Source: Amoebidium appalachense (Eukaryota; Protista; Ichthyosporea). From it: a stretch of 64,000 bases of DNA. The notes beneath the pieces were generated by a model. That model was not told the DNA's origin. It saw only the letters and a list, made by a program, of their open reading frames with translations, and searched no databases. Below, piece after piece: positions 22,969 to 35,600 of this stretch (position 1 is the first letter of the stretch; the number at the start of each line of letters is the position of its first letter). A program made the translations under genes and the position numbers. Location: the NCBI GenBank assembly GCA_963693365.1, contig CAVNZM010000002.1, positions 1,240,001-1,304,000 on the forward strand, written 5' to 3'.

Positions 22969-24303
22969 TCAATAGCTCTTGTAACTACGGCAATATGCAG
23001 CAGAGTGCCCTTGCCGGCCACAAAAGTAACATGCACCAAAGAAGGGGCCAGGGGGGACTTCAAAACCTTGGCGCAAAGCATAACCGGGAGCCCGGTCATG
23101 CTGGGGGGGCCCACCGTGTGCACCACGGCCCCCCCTTCCCCCTTGCCCCCCTCGGCCTCTCTCACCACCATTTCCACCCCTCCCTCTACCCTGCCCACCA
23201 CCACGAGCAAGGTAAGGGGCAAACCTCTCGGTGAACTGCTGCTGTTGTCCTCCACGTCCACCTCGGCCACGACCGCCGTGTCCACCCCGGTCGCCGCCAC
23301 GGCCACCCCGGAAGCCGAAGCCCCCTCGGCCAGAAAAGACGGCCTGGGAGAGCTCGGCAACCTGCTTGACCAACATGGTGAGTGCATCTGGCTGTTCACC
23401 CTCTTTTTTCTCTTTTTCCCCCTTCTGTCCACTCTCCTTCTTTTTCTTGTCTACTTCCATCACCTCCTTTTTATCCCTCTTATTGAACTTCACCTCGTGC
23501 ATGGCAAGCAAGTGACGTTTAACATGCAACACCACCTCATCTACATCATCATGCTCCCCAAACATGCGTGCAGTGTCTGTGTTTACAGAGAGAGCCTTAC
23601 GAGCAAACTCGAATTTTTCCCTATCACTCACGTCACCAGCGAACTCACAAAGGTCTTCAAAGACCCGATATTCCCTCTCAAAGAATGCACGAGCTTCTAC
23701 GGGGGACATATCTAAAGTGGGAAAGGTATACTTCCATTCTCTGAGCTGGGCCCGGAAGGTACGGCGCCGGTCGGCCGTCAGGTATCGGCCGACGAGCCGG
23801 GCCGTATACTCGAGCTCGTTTTCCGGCCGTGTGAAGGCCTCGAGCTCCCCGTCCACGTCGTCGGTGCTGTTCTCGTCCTCGTCGTCGGGGATGAACCGTG
23901 CGGCCAGACGTTTCTGGCCGAGTGTCCGGGACACCATCTCGTCCCTCCCCTCGTCGTACTGCTGCTCGTATATACGAGCCGTCACCTGGGGGGCCTGCTC
24001 GGCCCCGTACGGGTGCTCCTCCATCAGGGTGCATAAGTCGGCCATTGTTTTGTGGTCGATGCACTGTTTGATCATTAAGCACGAGGCCGCCACAGTGGGG
24101 GCCTTCTTTGTGTCTAACACTAGTGTAGGTGTGTTAGCTAGGAGTGTCCTAAGCCACCTAGGTATTTCCGAGTCGTGTTTGAGTGTAAAACTGAAAGCTG
24201 TGGTCTGTCTAACGTCTAGTGTATGAACCTGTGGTACCTGTGTGTGCAGGGAGCTATCCTCCGCTGCCAATGCGTAGAACATGTCTACGTTAAACTTAGC
24301 CAT
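22969..24303 (-). CDS. Gypsy-1 Gag with RGG region and CCHC zinc knuckle
   Basis: 444-aa ORF after the leader; CYFCGRQGHSAAYC. Confidence 0.9.
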   Translation of the reverse strand: MAKFNVDMFYALAAEDSSLHTQVPQVHTLDVRQTTAFSFTLKHDSEIPRWLRTLLANTPTLVLDTKKAPTVAASCLMIKQCIDHKTMADLCTLMEEHPYGAEQAPQVTARIYEQQYDEGRDEMVSRTLGQKRLAARFIPDDEDENSTDDVDGELEAFTRPENELEYTARLVGRYLTADRRRTFRAQLREWKYTFPTLDMSPVEARAFFEREYRVFEDLCEFAGDVSDREKFEFARKALSVNTDTARMFGEHDDVDEVVLHVKRHLLAMHEVKFNKRDKKEVMEVDKKKKESGQKGEKEKKEGEQPDALTMLVKQVAELSQAVFSGRGGFGFRGGRGGDRGGHGGRGRGGRGGQQQQFTERFAPYLARGGGQGRGRGGNGGERGRGGQGGRGGRGAHGGPPQHDRAPGYALRQGFEVPPGPFFGACYFCGRQGHSAAYCRSYKSY

Positions 24304-24331
24304 TGTGTGGTGTGTGGGTGGTTGTGTTTAT

Positions 24332-24364
<33 letters not shown>

Positions 24365-24453
24365 CTGTGTGTTTGAGGTGTAGCAACAGCCCAGAAGGAA
24401 CTGTCACCGCGTTACCCTAGCGCGAAAAACCGCACTAAAAGAAAGGTGTAGCT

Positions 24454-25170
24454 TGTCGTATCCTAATGTATATGTACTAGAGACGCGGCACTCTACTAAG
24501 TGTACACACACGAAAAGGAACGAACGTGTACAGAAAAACGGTAAAGTTTATTCAGACCAGGCTCCGACGGGCAAACTTAGATCCGTACGAAATGAGTCTA
24601 AGTTACGACTGAGGCCATCAAGGCCGCCGTGCCCTACAAGATCATCATCACCTGGCCCCCTACGATGCCACATTCCATTAACATTCCGATCTACTTTTAT
24701 CGACTGCACGAGCTAAGTCGATCTACTCAACTAATATATTTATCCAAGTCTCACCCCTCACCCTCCCCCTAGTGGCACCGCAGAGTCTAAATCTACATTT
24801 CATACTATCCTCCCCCCCCCTCCCTCCCCCCCTTTCCTCTACATCTACATATATAAATACGTTTGGCAACATACACTATCTAACCTTGCCAATACTTACA
24901 AAAGAGCTTCTGCCCGAACAATCACATTCCTAAGTCCTCCTACGATCTATCCTACACACTAATTAGAATTCTATTGGACGGCTGTCCCGGCTGACGTGGT
25001 CCAATGCCCTGCGCCGGCAGAGGCAAGATGCACGCAGCTGTACAGCTATCTTGAGGCCCCGGACTTGATCTTGATGATCTGTGGACCCGGGCCACCCCCC
25101 CCCCCCCCCCCCCCCCCCGATCTCGATCGTAGACTTAGGCTAATCTGCTGAGACGGATTAGTATATGTCA
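24454..25170 (-). repeat. 5' LTR of Gypsy-1
   Basis: TGACA...CGACA on minus; inner boundary inferred from the CGACA|AGCTACACC junction shared with the 5885-8578 element. Confidence 0.8.
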
Positions 25171-25557
25171 CCGCAGAGTCTAAATCTACATTTCATACTA
25201 TCCTCCCCCCCCTCCCTCCCCCCCTTTCCTCTACATCTACATATATAAATACGTTTGGCAACATACACTATCTAACCTTGCCAATACTTACAAAAGGGCT
25301 TCTGCCCGAACAATCACATTCCTAAGTCCTCCTACGATCTATCTTACACACTAATTAGAATTCTATTGGACGGCTGTCCCGGCTGACGTGGTCCAATGCC
25401 CTGCGCCGGCAGAGGCAAGATGCACGCAGCTGTACAGCTATCTTGAGGCCCCGGACTTGATCTTGATGATCTGTGGACCCGGGCCACCCCCCCCCCCCCC
25501 CCCCCGATCTCGATCGTAGACTTAGGCTGATCTGCTGAGACGGATTAGTATATGTCA
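25171..25557 (-). repeat. Extra partial LTR copy in tandem
   Basis: Repeats ~24778-25170 and ends in a second GTATATGTCA. Confidence 0.92.
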
Positions 25558-26493
25558 ATGTTTCAACAGGAGTCTGTGATCCATCCTGCGAACCTTCTTC
25601 TCTACTATAAAACTTTTTTACGGCCGACTTTCGAATATGGACTTCCGCTATTGGCCTGCGCCCCACCTCGCGAGGCGGCAATGGCGCTGAAAGAGTTCGA
25701 CGATTTTCAGGGTACTGCGCTACGCACTTTGTTTCGTACTCGGTTTGTGCCTCCCTTAATCAGTATGTTTGGATTGTCGTCTGCTGTTTGTCGTATGGAG
25801 GAATTGTCTCTTCGTTTTTGTTTTCATTTAGTTAGGCTACCTGATGGTCACCCTCTTTATGCTTTCTTTCCCCCCCCTCCCTCCATCCCTCTTCCCCCCC
25901 GATTCACCAACGCTACTTCTGAATGTCCTCAGCCTACCCTCTTTCCACCTGATTCTTCCTCTCACTATCTCACTTCCTCTTTCTTTTCTCTTCCTGTTTT
26001 TTCTGCCTTTTCGCGTTATTACCATACGCAGTATAAGTTTCTTTCTCGTTCTGATAGAGAACTCAAAGGTAAAACTCAGTCGGCATGTGTTATGTTCCTT
26101 AGGCAACACCGTACTGATCATTATCGCTTTTTGGGAGCTTTGGCAGGATACATTTCTCCTGCTGTACGTATGGATACCACCCTAGTAGATAAGTCTGTAT
26201 GGTGTTCTGATGTTGATATTGCCTGGGAAGTTGTGCAGTGGCGCTGTAATTCTTGTTTTCATCGCCGCTGGTGCCACTTTTGTGCTGACCTTTTTAATCG
26301 CAAGCATGTGGATAGGTGTGAATTTTTATGTCGCGTTTTACCTCTTTCCCTCCGGGTATCTGCTACACTAGCTGGCAATGTGAACACTTTAGACTTTTTG
26401 TTGAATTCTGTTGGTCGTCACATTGAGTATTTATATGATTTTCACACAGTGTTCAGGAATCTCAGTATGCACTTGTTACTGGATAACTCGTGA
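25558..26493 (+). pseudogene. C-terminal part of a non-LTR retrotransposon RT ORF, cut by the Gypsy-1 LTR
   Basis: YKTFLRPTFEYGL thumb-type motif; WRCN...CHFC...FNRKH...C and TLDFLLN shared with ORFs at 9514, 31149 and 59012. Confidence 0.8.
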
Positions 26494-27905
26494 AGTTTTT
26501 ATTGTCTTCTCCGTATGCCGTGCATACTTGCATATCTTTCCGTTGAATAAATCCAGTCAAAAGAAAATAAAAATTCAAACAGCCAAAAACGGAAATCCCC
26601 AGACTCCGGCAAAACGTCGCGAAAAAACACCGACGGAGGTAATGACGACACGCACGGTGAGGAAACTTCGAGTCGGAAAAAGCAAAAAACGACACCAAAG
26701 AAAATGCCAGAAGTCTCGAGCATGGCCCAGGAAGCCAGGGAGGCTGCGCGTGAGGCGAAAAAGACGTCGGGGGCTATTTTGGGTGCAAAGGCAATAAGGG
26801 CACTGGCCCTGGCCAAAAAGAAGAAGGCAGTGAGTTAAAATAGACGTGTGTGACTAAAAATAGATGAATGGCGCATGTACACGAGCGTGTTTCACTGTTG
26901 ACTATTGCACGATTTTTTTTATTTTATATAGCAGCGAGTAGGTGAAAGTAACGTACAGACACGTGAGTACATATGCATGTATTCTTGCACTGCACTGTGT
27001 GCATTGAGAAGATTTGCCCTCTCTGAGGTCAAACAATGTCAATTGGATATATCAGTATACACATATCAATTTTGCAAGAGTGAGCGCCACCGATATGGCG
27101 ATGCCATGATTGTTTTTGCCTATTTATGGTGATAACCTTATAGAATTCCCTTGTAATTGTGAAGTGCATGCTGTTCGTTCGGTTTGCCTGCAGAGTGCTG
27201 AATGGGGCATGTTCACCTCCTCTATCTAGAGCTTTGATGCATGACAAACATGTTGGTATTGCACATAACATGATGTGTTGACTCACAGTCATGCAACTTG
27301 ATTGCATGCACAACAACACAGATCTAGAGAGTGTGGAGCTTTGCATGCCACAACATAACCAAATCTTTCCTCCAAATATAAAACATAAGACCATATAAGT
27401 TGAAGTTGCACAGTGGCCTGGCCCTTTTTACGGAGACATGCCCCATGCTAGGGCCTGTAGCTTCGTGTCCATGCCGAGTTCTACAATAGAGCTCTGGACA
27501 TGTCCCTACTTTAAAGTGCAAGTGTTGTGACACTGCATGTTGCGGTTCCACCTGCACGCACAGGCACACATGCGCGCGCACACACTCACACACAGGTACA
27601 GGCGCGCGCACGCACGCACACTCACGCACGCGTGGACCAAATGCGGCGAGAAGAGAGACGGCAAGAGAAAAAGTGGAAAGAAACTGTGGCACAGGACACA
27701 CGACATCATATCAACAGAACTGGGTTTTGGTTTTCCCCCGTTTTATTAGCCGTCCGCCGGTAAATTTTCGACACCGCCAGTGCGTCCCTTTCACAGCCGT
27801 CTCACCCCGCACCTCCAACCACACCGTCTGTCCTCACAAACACATTTTAACTGTGTTAAAATTTATAACGGTGCGAGGCGGTTGGTGCATTAAACAGTGA
27901 ATGGT

Positions 27906-28055
27906 TTAGTTCTTCTTCTTGTTGGCGCCGACAGCCATGGAGCCGATGCCGTAGAGCACACAGGCCACACCCACAACGGTCAGCAGGCCAATGCCGCGGT
28001 TGACGGCCGCATCACCGGGGAGCAGCTTGTAGACGGGCACGGCATGCGGGTTGTT
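27906..28055 (-). CDS. Terminal exon of a small membrane protein, possibly cytochrome c oxidase subunit 7-like
   Basis: CAG acceptor, then NNPHAVPVYKLLPGDAAVNRGIGLLTVVGVACVLYGIGSMAVGANKKKN*; one TM helix, basic tail; upstream exon not located. Confidence 0.45.
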   Translation of the reverse strand, partial: NNPHAVPVYKLLPGDAAVNRGIGLLTVVGVACVLYGIGSMAVGANKKKN

Positions 28056-28152
28056 CTGTGTACGTGTATGCGTGTGTGTGTGTGTGTGCGTGCATGTGGG
28101 TAAGTGTGTGTGTGCAAGGTGCACACACACGGATGATGAGGTGTCCATGCGT

Positions 28153-28204
<52 letters not shown>

Positions 28205-30801
28205 GATAATATTGATAAGTCAATTATAAGAACACAAATAGCCTGAGATAATTAGTATTCCAGTTGGTCAAAGGGAGCATAACAGGGCAGCACAAGCTCC
28301 AATTATATCCATGATATTCGGAACATCCTGTGCTTTTCATACGCTCAACAATATGATGATCCAAAACGGGGGGGAGAGGGGGGATGTGGAACAGGGTACG
28401 AAGCACTGCTACACGACGAGAAACAGTGCAGACAACAGCAAATCAAACATTCAAGTATGCAACATCAGGAACAGATAGTTAACAATGCAACATACACGTA
28501 GCGCATCCTCAGAGGGGGGGGGGGGGGAGGGGGGTAGATTGAGAAATTCAGTTCTATACACCAACATCCAAAACACAGCGCTAAGGTGCCAGTCAGTGAG
28601 CGCACGAAAGAATAGGGAGACCCCATGGTAAAGCCCAACAGAAGAGAAGCACATCATCAAGGGAGGCAAAAAACATCAACAAAAGGGCGGGGCGGGATAG
28701 CTCGTGTATAAACAGGCGCCGGGAGGAGGAGGAGGAGGAGGCGGGGGCAGGGATGGATGGAGGGAGAGAGGAGTGGGGGGGAGGGGGGGGGGGGGGGGAA
28801 GCATGACATTATTAGAAGAAGAGGGTGACTAACAAAAACTTACGGTAGCCTTCGCTCGCCCATGTGCACCCGCAAGTATACAAGAATGTGACCCTCGGAG
28901 GATATGCATGCATAACAGACAGAAAGAAGACCATATTACACAAGATAGCTTGGGCAACATGCATATGCGTGCGCTTACAAGTGTGCGTGCAGGCATGTGC
29001 AGATCCCAGTGCCAACACCAAACCATCTCCCTCTTATTCTACATATGCATGCACACAAATGCAAATAAGCTTGTTCGTCTTTATGTTTTATGTCCACATG
29101 TTTGTGTCATGACCACCAGAGCCCCTCCCCCCTCCCCTTCTCCCCATTGCTCCCAAAAAGGAGGGAGACAAAAATAATTCGAAGACCAGATCATCCAAAC
29201 TGATGCACCCTCCCTCCCCCCCCTGCCCACACGTTATCCCCAAACAAACCGTCCTGACCTATAATAGAGTCCAGGAAATTAGCCCGTTTCCAGGATGCTA
29301 CGGATGCACAAACTGATGTTTTAGGAGCATCCCCTGCAGCAGTGCTCTGGTCGAATAGCAGCACATTTTTGTGACAAAAAAGTGACCCCTGACCCTGTCC
29401 TACTCGTGCAATCCTCACTGGACTTATTTTAGATCTAACATATGAGTCACCACGTCCAGTGCTGGCTGTTTGAAACCCAAAACGTAACAACCGAACGAAG
29501 GTGCCCGTGGGAAGGGCATGCTGGTCGGCCCGTGTCAAGATCAAGCCACCCTTTGTGTCCTGTAGCCCTTTGAACCCTTGTCCGTGATTATGAATCCCCG
29601 TGGTCCAAAAAAAAAGCAAAAAAAACTGCGTTTAGAGCGTTGTATCTCGGAAGTAGCTGTTTCTCACCAATTATCGCATCTCCCACAGGCGACATGAAAG
29701 CTTGTGTGGAACCAGTAGCTCCCCACTGCTGTGCGTGTGTGTCACATGTGCTCAACATCGTCCACAGAACTGTCAAAAATCCTCCCACACCCATATAGGC
29801 TGTCTGTTCGTTCCCAGGTCTCCATACGCAGGCGCACACTCACACATACACGTCCACACGCACACGGGACGCGCACACGGCACAAGCAAGCACACACGCA
29901 CTGTAGACATGGTTGTGTACATTCACGTGCACACCGTGCTGTTCCCCCACAACCAGTCTACGTGCCTTTGTGTCTTCTCGCCAGAGGCTGGAATAGAGCC
30001 TCGGAAGCAGCTACCAATCGGCTGCATCACTTTTAGCTGTATTCCTTATTAGGGCAGTTGCTCTGCACCTTAAGTATGCAGTTAGGAGCGATGCAAAGAA
30101 CGTGAACACTTTGCCAGCATGTATCTTAGGTGTACGGCACACACTGTCACTTTATTGGGCACTAGACATACACATGTAGCACTGTAGTATAACTTGAAGC
30201 TAGACTATGATCACCCAGGAGACACAGCGAAAAAAGATGCGAATCTGTGTCCCGATTAAACCCTGATCACCATATGAGAATCGGGGCAAAATCAGGAAAC
30301 CCGATTCGTAATTAGCGACGTGATCGGGATGAAATTAGCCTGATTACACCCCGATTTTTTGATACCGATCACACCCTGATTCGCAAAAAAAATCCCGATC
30401 ACGCCCGTGACCGGGACACCCCGATTCCTTCCCGACCTGCCCTTACCTACTTCCTGCCCTTTCGATACTGGAACTTAACCCAAAGTTAAGTACAAAAGAA
30501 GGCAACTGGAAGAAAGCTGAAGTACACCGTGACTAGCTCGCGCCTTTACTTTGTTACTCGTACCACACACAGTGTGGTGTCAAGTCGTGTTCTTCGTCAT
30601 CACACACAGTATGATGCAAGGTGTGATGCCTGGAGCCTGGAACAGCCCAACAACGGCTATTCAGCTGGGTAGAAAGCACTCACAATATATATAAAAGCAG
30701 ACAGAAGGGTTTGGCACACAGAACCCTAGTATGAGCAACACCAGGTTGCAAGCATGAAGAGGCTATAGCTAAGTAGTCGTGGGGAGCCATAGAAGTATAT
30801 A

Positions 30802-30997
30802 GGGGTTTACGCTGTTTACTCGAGGCAAAGAGAACCAGTCTCAGGTATGGGGGGGGGGGGTTTTGCTCGGAATATCCCCTCAGCGGTATATCATGATCAC
30901 GTACATAGATGTCGGGTGGTGACTATATATCAGGGTTTACTTTCTCTACGAGACACCATAAAGACTACAAGGAGAAATCAATTAGTTGGGGTTCCCC

Positions 30998-31040
<43 letters not shown>

Positions 31041-31072
31041 GGGCTCCCCTCGGGACACTCGGTATCAGCTGG

Positions 31073-31127
<55 letters not shown>

Positions 31128-31843
31128 GTGTGTGTGTGTGCGCGTGCGCTATAATTTTGTAGTGATGTGTTTCTCAAGCCAATCAATACATCTAATAAAC
31201 AGGTCGTAGTTACGCGTGTTTAGTATAAAATCAAGGATGTTGTAATTTACAGGTAGGCTATCTTTCTGGGTGTCTGTTGTGAATGTGACGTGTGTGTGTT
31301 GCGGTATTATGTGGTCTATCAAACTACATTTGGCGATACATGACCGGTTAAACTGGTGTGTGTGTGTGTTGTTTGGGCATGCAAATGATGCCACCTTATA
31401 CTTATTAGATCTCCACTGTATAGCACGTGTACAGTAAAAGCGTGGTAATTGATCAATAATACCATCAGCTAGAGAAAGACCAGTTCTACAGGAAGGTAAT
31501 ATGTATTTAGGTGTTATACACTTGCGAGTGCCATATTTGGCAATATGGTTGAGGCGGTCAGTATATATAAAACGAGACATAAGGCTTAGTTTTTCAAGGT
31601 GTATGCTTTCATCGGGTCTAGTGTCGTTTGGTATCTTTTTCCATTTGTTATATTGCGTGATTATCTTGTGATTGTGTACATGTTTAATAAGTAAGTGGCA
31701 GTCCAAAGTCACACACACACTATTGCGGGGTTTATTTGTATTTGTGCCCAGGGGAGAAGGGGAGAGAGAGGGGAGGAAAGAGGGGAGAGGTGAGGAGGGG
31801 ACAGGTCGGATAGAGAAGAGAGGGTGGGAGGGCAAATACTTCT
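30802..31843 (-). mobile_element. 5'-truncated non-LTR copy (family A)
   Basis: Near-identical to 9133-10208; no clear TSD seen. Confidence 0.85.
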
Positions 31844-32677
31844 GATGCCTTGGCTTACCTGTTAGAGCCGCTCACAAAACCCGAACTTGGCAAAGTCACA
31901 GTAGCAGGTTCAAGGACCTGCGATGGGGAAGAGACTTTTAGAACCTAGGGGTACGGTGTTATATAAGGCCAAAAAGGAGGCAAGTTACACAACGTGGCCT
32001 TCTCTGTAATACTGATGCAGCATAGATAGATTGCAAGAAGAATAAACTAATAACAGAGCAACAAAGGCTCGAGGATATACAGATGCCTATGCACGGCTGC
32101 ACGTGGACGCCCAAGTTCGACCAAGGCAAGCACAGAAGCGCTTACAAGTTTTAGGTTGTATCCTTCTTGCCGTGTTACCTCACGAGACAAAAAGCCTAGT
32201 ATGTAAGTCAGAGGGTTCTTGAAGATGAGGTTATTAAAAAAAAAACTCACCTTGCCTGTGGCGCATAACTCCGTTTTTCCAGACTCAAACTCCTGCCTGC
32301 CCAAAAACAATATGCTTAAAAACACCAACTACTATTCTACGCAGTCTTGGGCCACGGCCCACTGCTGTGTATGCAAGTTGTAGATGGAGCCGCAGCAATC
32401 TCACCAAACAAAAGACAAAAGCAAATGCGTGCAAGCGAGTTTAGAGTCGCCTGTTTCTTTACACCAAAACTTGCCAACGGTTGTCTTTGACGACCAGCTG
32501 CTGTCTAGGAATCTTTGCTACTAAATGCGCGCGAGTGGTTGCACTTGACCGATACGTACTTGCAAGTCTTTTTCTTGTTTGTTGTGACCGTTAGGCCGCA
32601 CATGGCATCACATTGATTCGGGCCGGGTCAAATTGGCGTAGTCGGGAAGAATTCCGGACGAAATCGGGAATATATTT

Positions 32678-35600
32678 AGAGAAAGCAAGAGCAAACCGTA
32701 AGGCACCAACTAATCAGACTGAGGTCTCAGCTTCTGCCCCTTTACACAAGGTGCCACCAAACCAAGAAAACACCCAAACAGCCTAATTATTACCTTATCA
32801 TGTTGCTCCCTCCCCTTTTTTCTTTTCACCTACACACTAGCTCTAAAAACAAGAACTGAACGAACGACGCCCACAGCCAGCTCTACAAAGCTGGTGCGCG
32901 GCTCACTCACATTTTTAGAACAGTGGAAAAGCCACCAATCATATCACCTATCTACTGATAACTACGGATCACTTCATAACTATACCTGATCTATATCCAA
33001 TCACTAAAGATACATACGACTGAGCTTAACATTCTACCCGTTAGGGCCAATCAGCTTGCACCGCTATGTAGCCGTTACCGCCGACTGACCGAACACGTGT
33101 CATCTCTCACCGCTGCCTCCTCCCGCTCGAGAACAACATGCCGGAGGCAAGACTTCCCCTCACTCCCGTCGTGGCTCCCCGAGGTGACCGAGACAAAGAG
33201 AAGCAGAAATGCAAGTCAGTGAGGAATTTTATTATTGATTTTAGCCCTAATAAATAATATCAGTATCTGATCAGAAAACCCCCAAAACCCCCGGATAAAC
33301 CCCCTAAACCCCAGAACACTGTGTGTGTGTGCACACGTGTGTGTGTGTGTATGTGTGTGTGTTTGTGTGTGTATGATAGGCTATTGAAGGAACAGCACTT
33401 CCAGCACACAATGGCCGAAAGAACCCCTTCATCTATCCAAACCTACCCTACTTGTTTTTATTTTGTGATTGTGTCTTTTAAATAATGTGTGTTGGGTGTG
33501 TGTAGTAGAAGCCTGTAGCTGCTAATCGTGCGTAATCATGTGTGGCCTACGGGCCAAGGATTTTGCCTGGGCTGACAGATGAGCGGGCATTGAAATTGCC
33601 AGGAGCATGGCCTTGTTCGTGTCAATGTAGTGGTTGAAAGGCGTCGTGAAATTACGCCACCGACCATTGATACGAATTTGCTCATAGTCCTCCCCTCTGA
33701 GTGCTGCTGTGGAGGCTGCCCCGTGCCGTGTGCTGTACAATGAGAAGTCGCTATCCAGGCCCACAGCCGTCAGACTCTGTTGCATACGAGTTGCTACCAG
33801 CGATGGTGTGTACCCAGGATGAAACAGAGGGTCGGATGGGCGGGAGCCATGGGGAAATGCACCCACTGCCATGAGCTTCTGCAGCAAATGCAAGCACACT
33901 GGATCACGGATCACCACCATCTGATGATTGCCCGTTTTGGACCGTGGAAGAAGCAACACTGCACTGCCCGCTGGAGCATTGATTTCAATCAACCGTGGAT
34001 CATTCGGAGGAATGAAGTCTGCCACCGTGCGCCGCGAGAGCTCCCCCGGCCGGGTGTAGGTTGCGAATGACATACACAGATAGAGTGCTACGTGCGGCAT
34101 CTTGTATTCCCACAGAGCCGACACTGCCAAAATCATGTAGTCGTAGGGGAGTGGTCTGTGGTGATTGGTCGGGTTAGCATGGTCCCACCCCCTTAGGACC
34201 CTGGCCGACAGGACCAAGGAGTCCTTGCACTGGGGATAGAAATGGTGGATGGCTGACAGCACCGTCTTGCAGTGGGCGAGCCCGCTGCGGGTCTCTCCCA
34301 ACTCTTCGTACATGTCAGCTGCATAGCTCGCAAGCATGTTATCCACCTGCTCTACCGACTGGAAGGTGCTCACCCCATCTTCCACACACCACGCTACGAA
34401 TTTGTTCAAGGCGTTGTCGTATTTCGCCACTGTGGGAGCCGTGACATTGAGATTGAGCATATGCGTGATTTTTGCAGAGGGGACGACGTCACGTGACGGC
34501 ATGTCTGCTGGATTGTGGGCAGAAGGGACCCACACCCACGCCGGTCGAAGTGCGGCTGCACACACAAGTGCTGCCACCCGCCGGCACAGATGGTTTAGCC
34601 GTCGTGAACTCGATCTACCCTTGGCCACCGCAAACAATAAAGATGTGTTGTCGATGAGATGAGCTACTCTGGTGCTGTGATTTTGTGGTGCTCGCGTGAA
34701 ACGTCGTAGTGATAATAGCAGCGCGTGCCCCTCGAGGATGGTGATGTGATCTTCGTGCCGCCACGGAGTAGATATCGGATGGTGCCACTGCAGACCGTCA
34801 ACTACTTTCAGAAAAGAGTCGTCGGTCGTGGGGTGGTTCGTGCTGTCGTTACATTCATCGGCTGAAAGGGCGTTAATCACGAGCTCACCGGTGTCGTCCA
34901 CTGGCACAGGCCCCAAGAAGGAATAACCGGGTCTGGACACCGACTGTGCTAATGCCGTCAACGATTGCTCAGCCGTAACGGACGCAATAGAAACACCTGC
35001 TCCCTTGGTGGACGCATCTGATGCCAACAGAAGAGAGGCGGGAGCAGCCGTCAAATCACACACAATGAGAGGTGCCAAATCCACCAACAGGGCCAACTCC
35101 CCCTTGACTGCAGAGGGGATTGGGCATGCCGTTAGTGGACATTGGCCGGCTGACAACGCAAACTGATAACTCGCCTCTAACACAGAAAATAAAGCTCTAT
35201 TCAAAAGCAACAACCACGCCCAGCCCCCAAGCAAACGAGATAACGCCCGTGGAGCCACCTCCCGCATGAACAGAACCGCCTTTGTGTCGGCTAGTAGCCG
35301 CGCCAACCGTGATGCATCCGGTCGAATAACACCGTCCCGTCCTATAGCCAACCCAAGTGCTACGGTCTCCGGGTGGTCTCGTGACGCCGTGACCGTTTTG
35401 GACGGTTTTATTTCGAATCCGTGTGTCTCTCCAGCGCGCCCGGCTGCCGTCATCTCGGAATTTACAGTAGATTCCTCCAACCCAACCCCCACCCAATCAT
35501 CCACGTAGATCAAATGTGCCGTATCCGATTGGTCGGTAATGGAATGTGCCGGTGAAGAATTCGATTGGATGCATCGTTCGATACGTAAAGGCGGGTGCGT

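Larger units (their letters stand above)
1..25170 (-). mobile_element. Ty3/Gypsy chromovirus-type LTR retrotransposon (Gypsy-1), interrupted in RT by a 17-kb insertion; runs off the window start
   Basis: Near-identical LTRs at 1-480 and 24454-25170; gag, protease, RT, RNase H, integrase, chromodomain in Gypsy order on the minus strand; G-rich PPT abuts the 3' LTR. Confidence 0.95.

Noticed and set aside
24482-24501. Alternative Gypsy-1 LTR end at 24501
   Set aside because: The 24454 boundary is better supported by the junction shared with the related element.
33270-33312. Telomeric repeats (AAACCCC variants)
   Set aside because: Only about four irregular copies inside the YR element.
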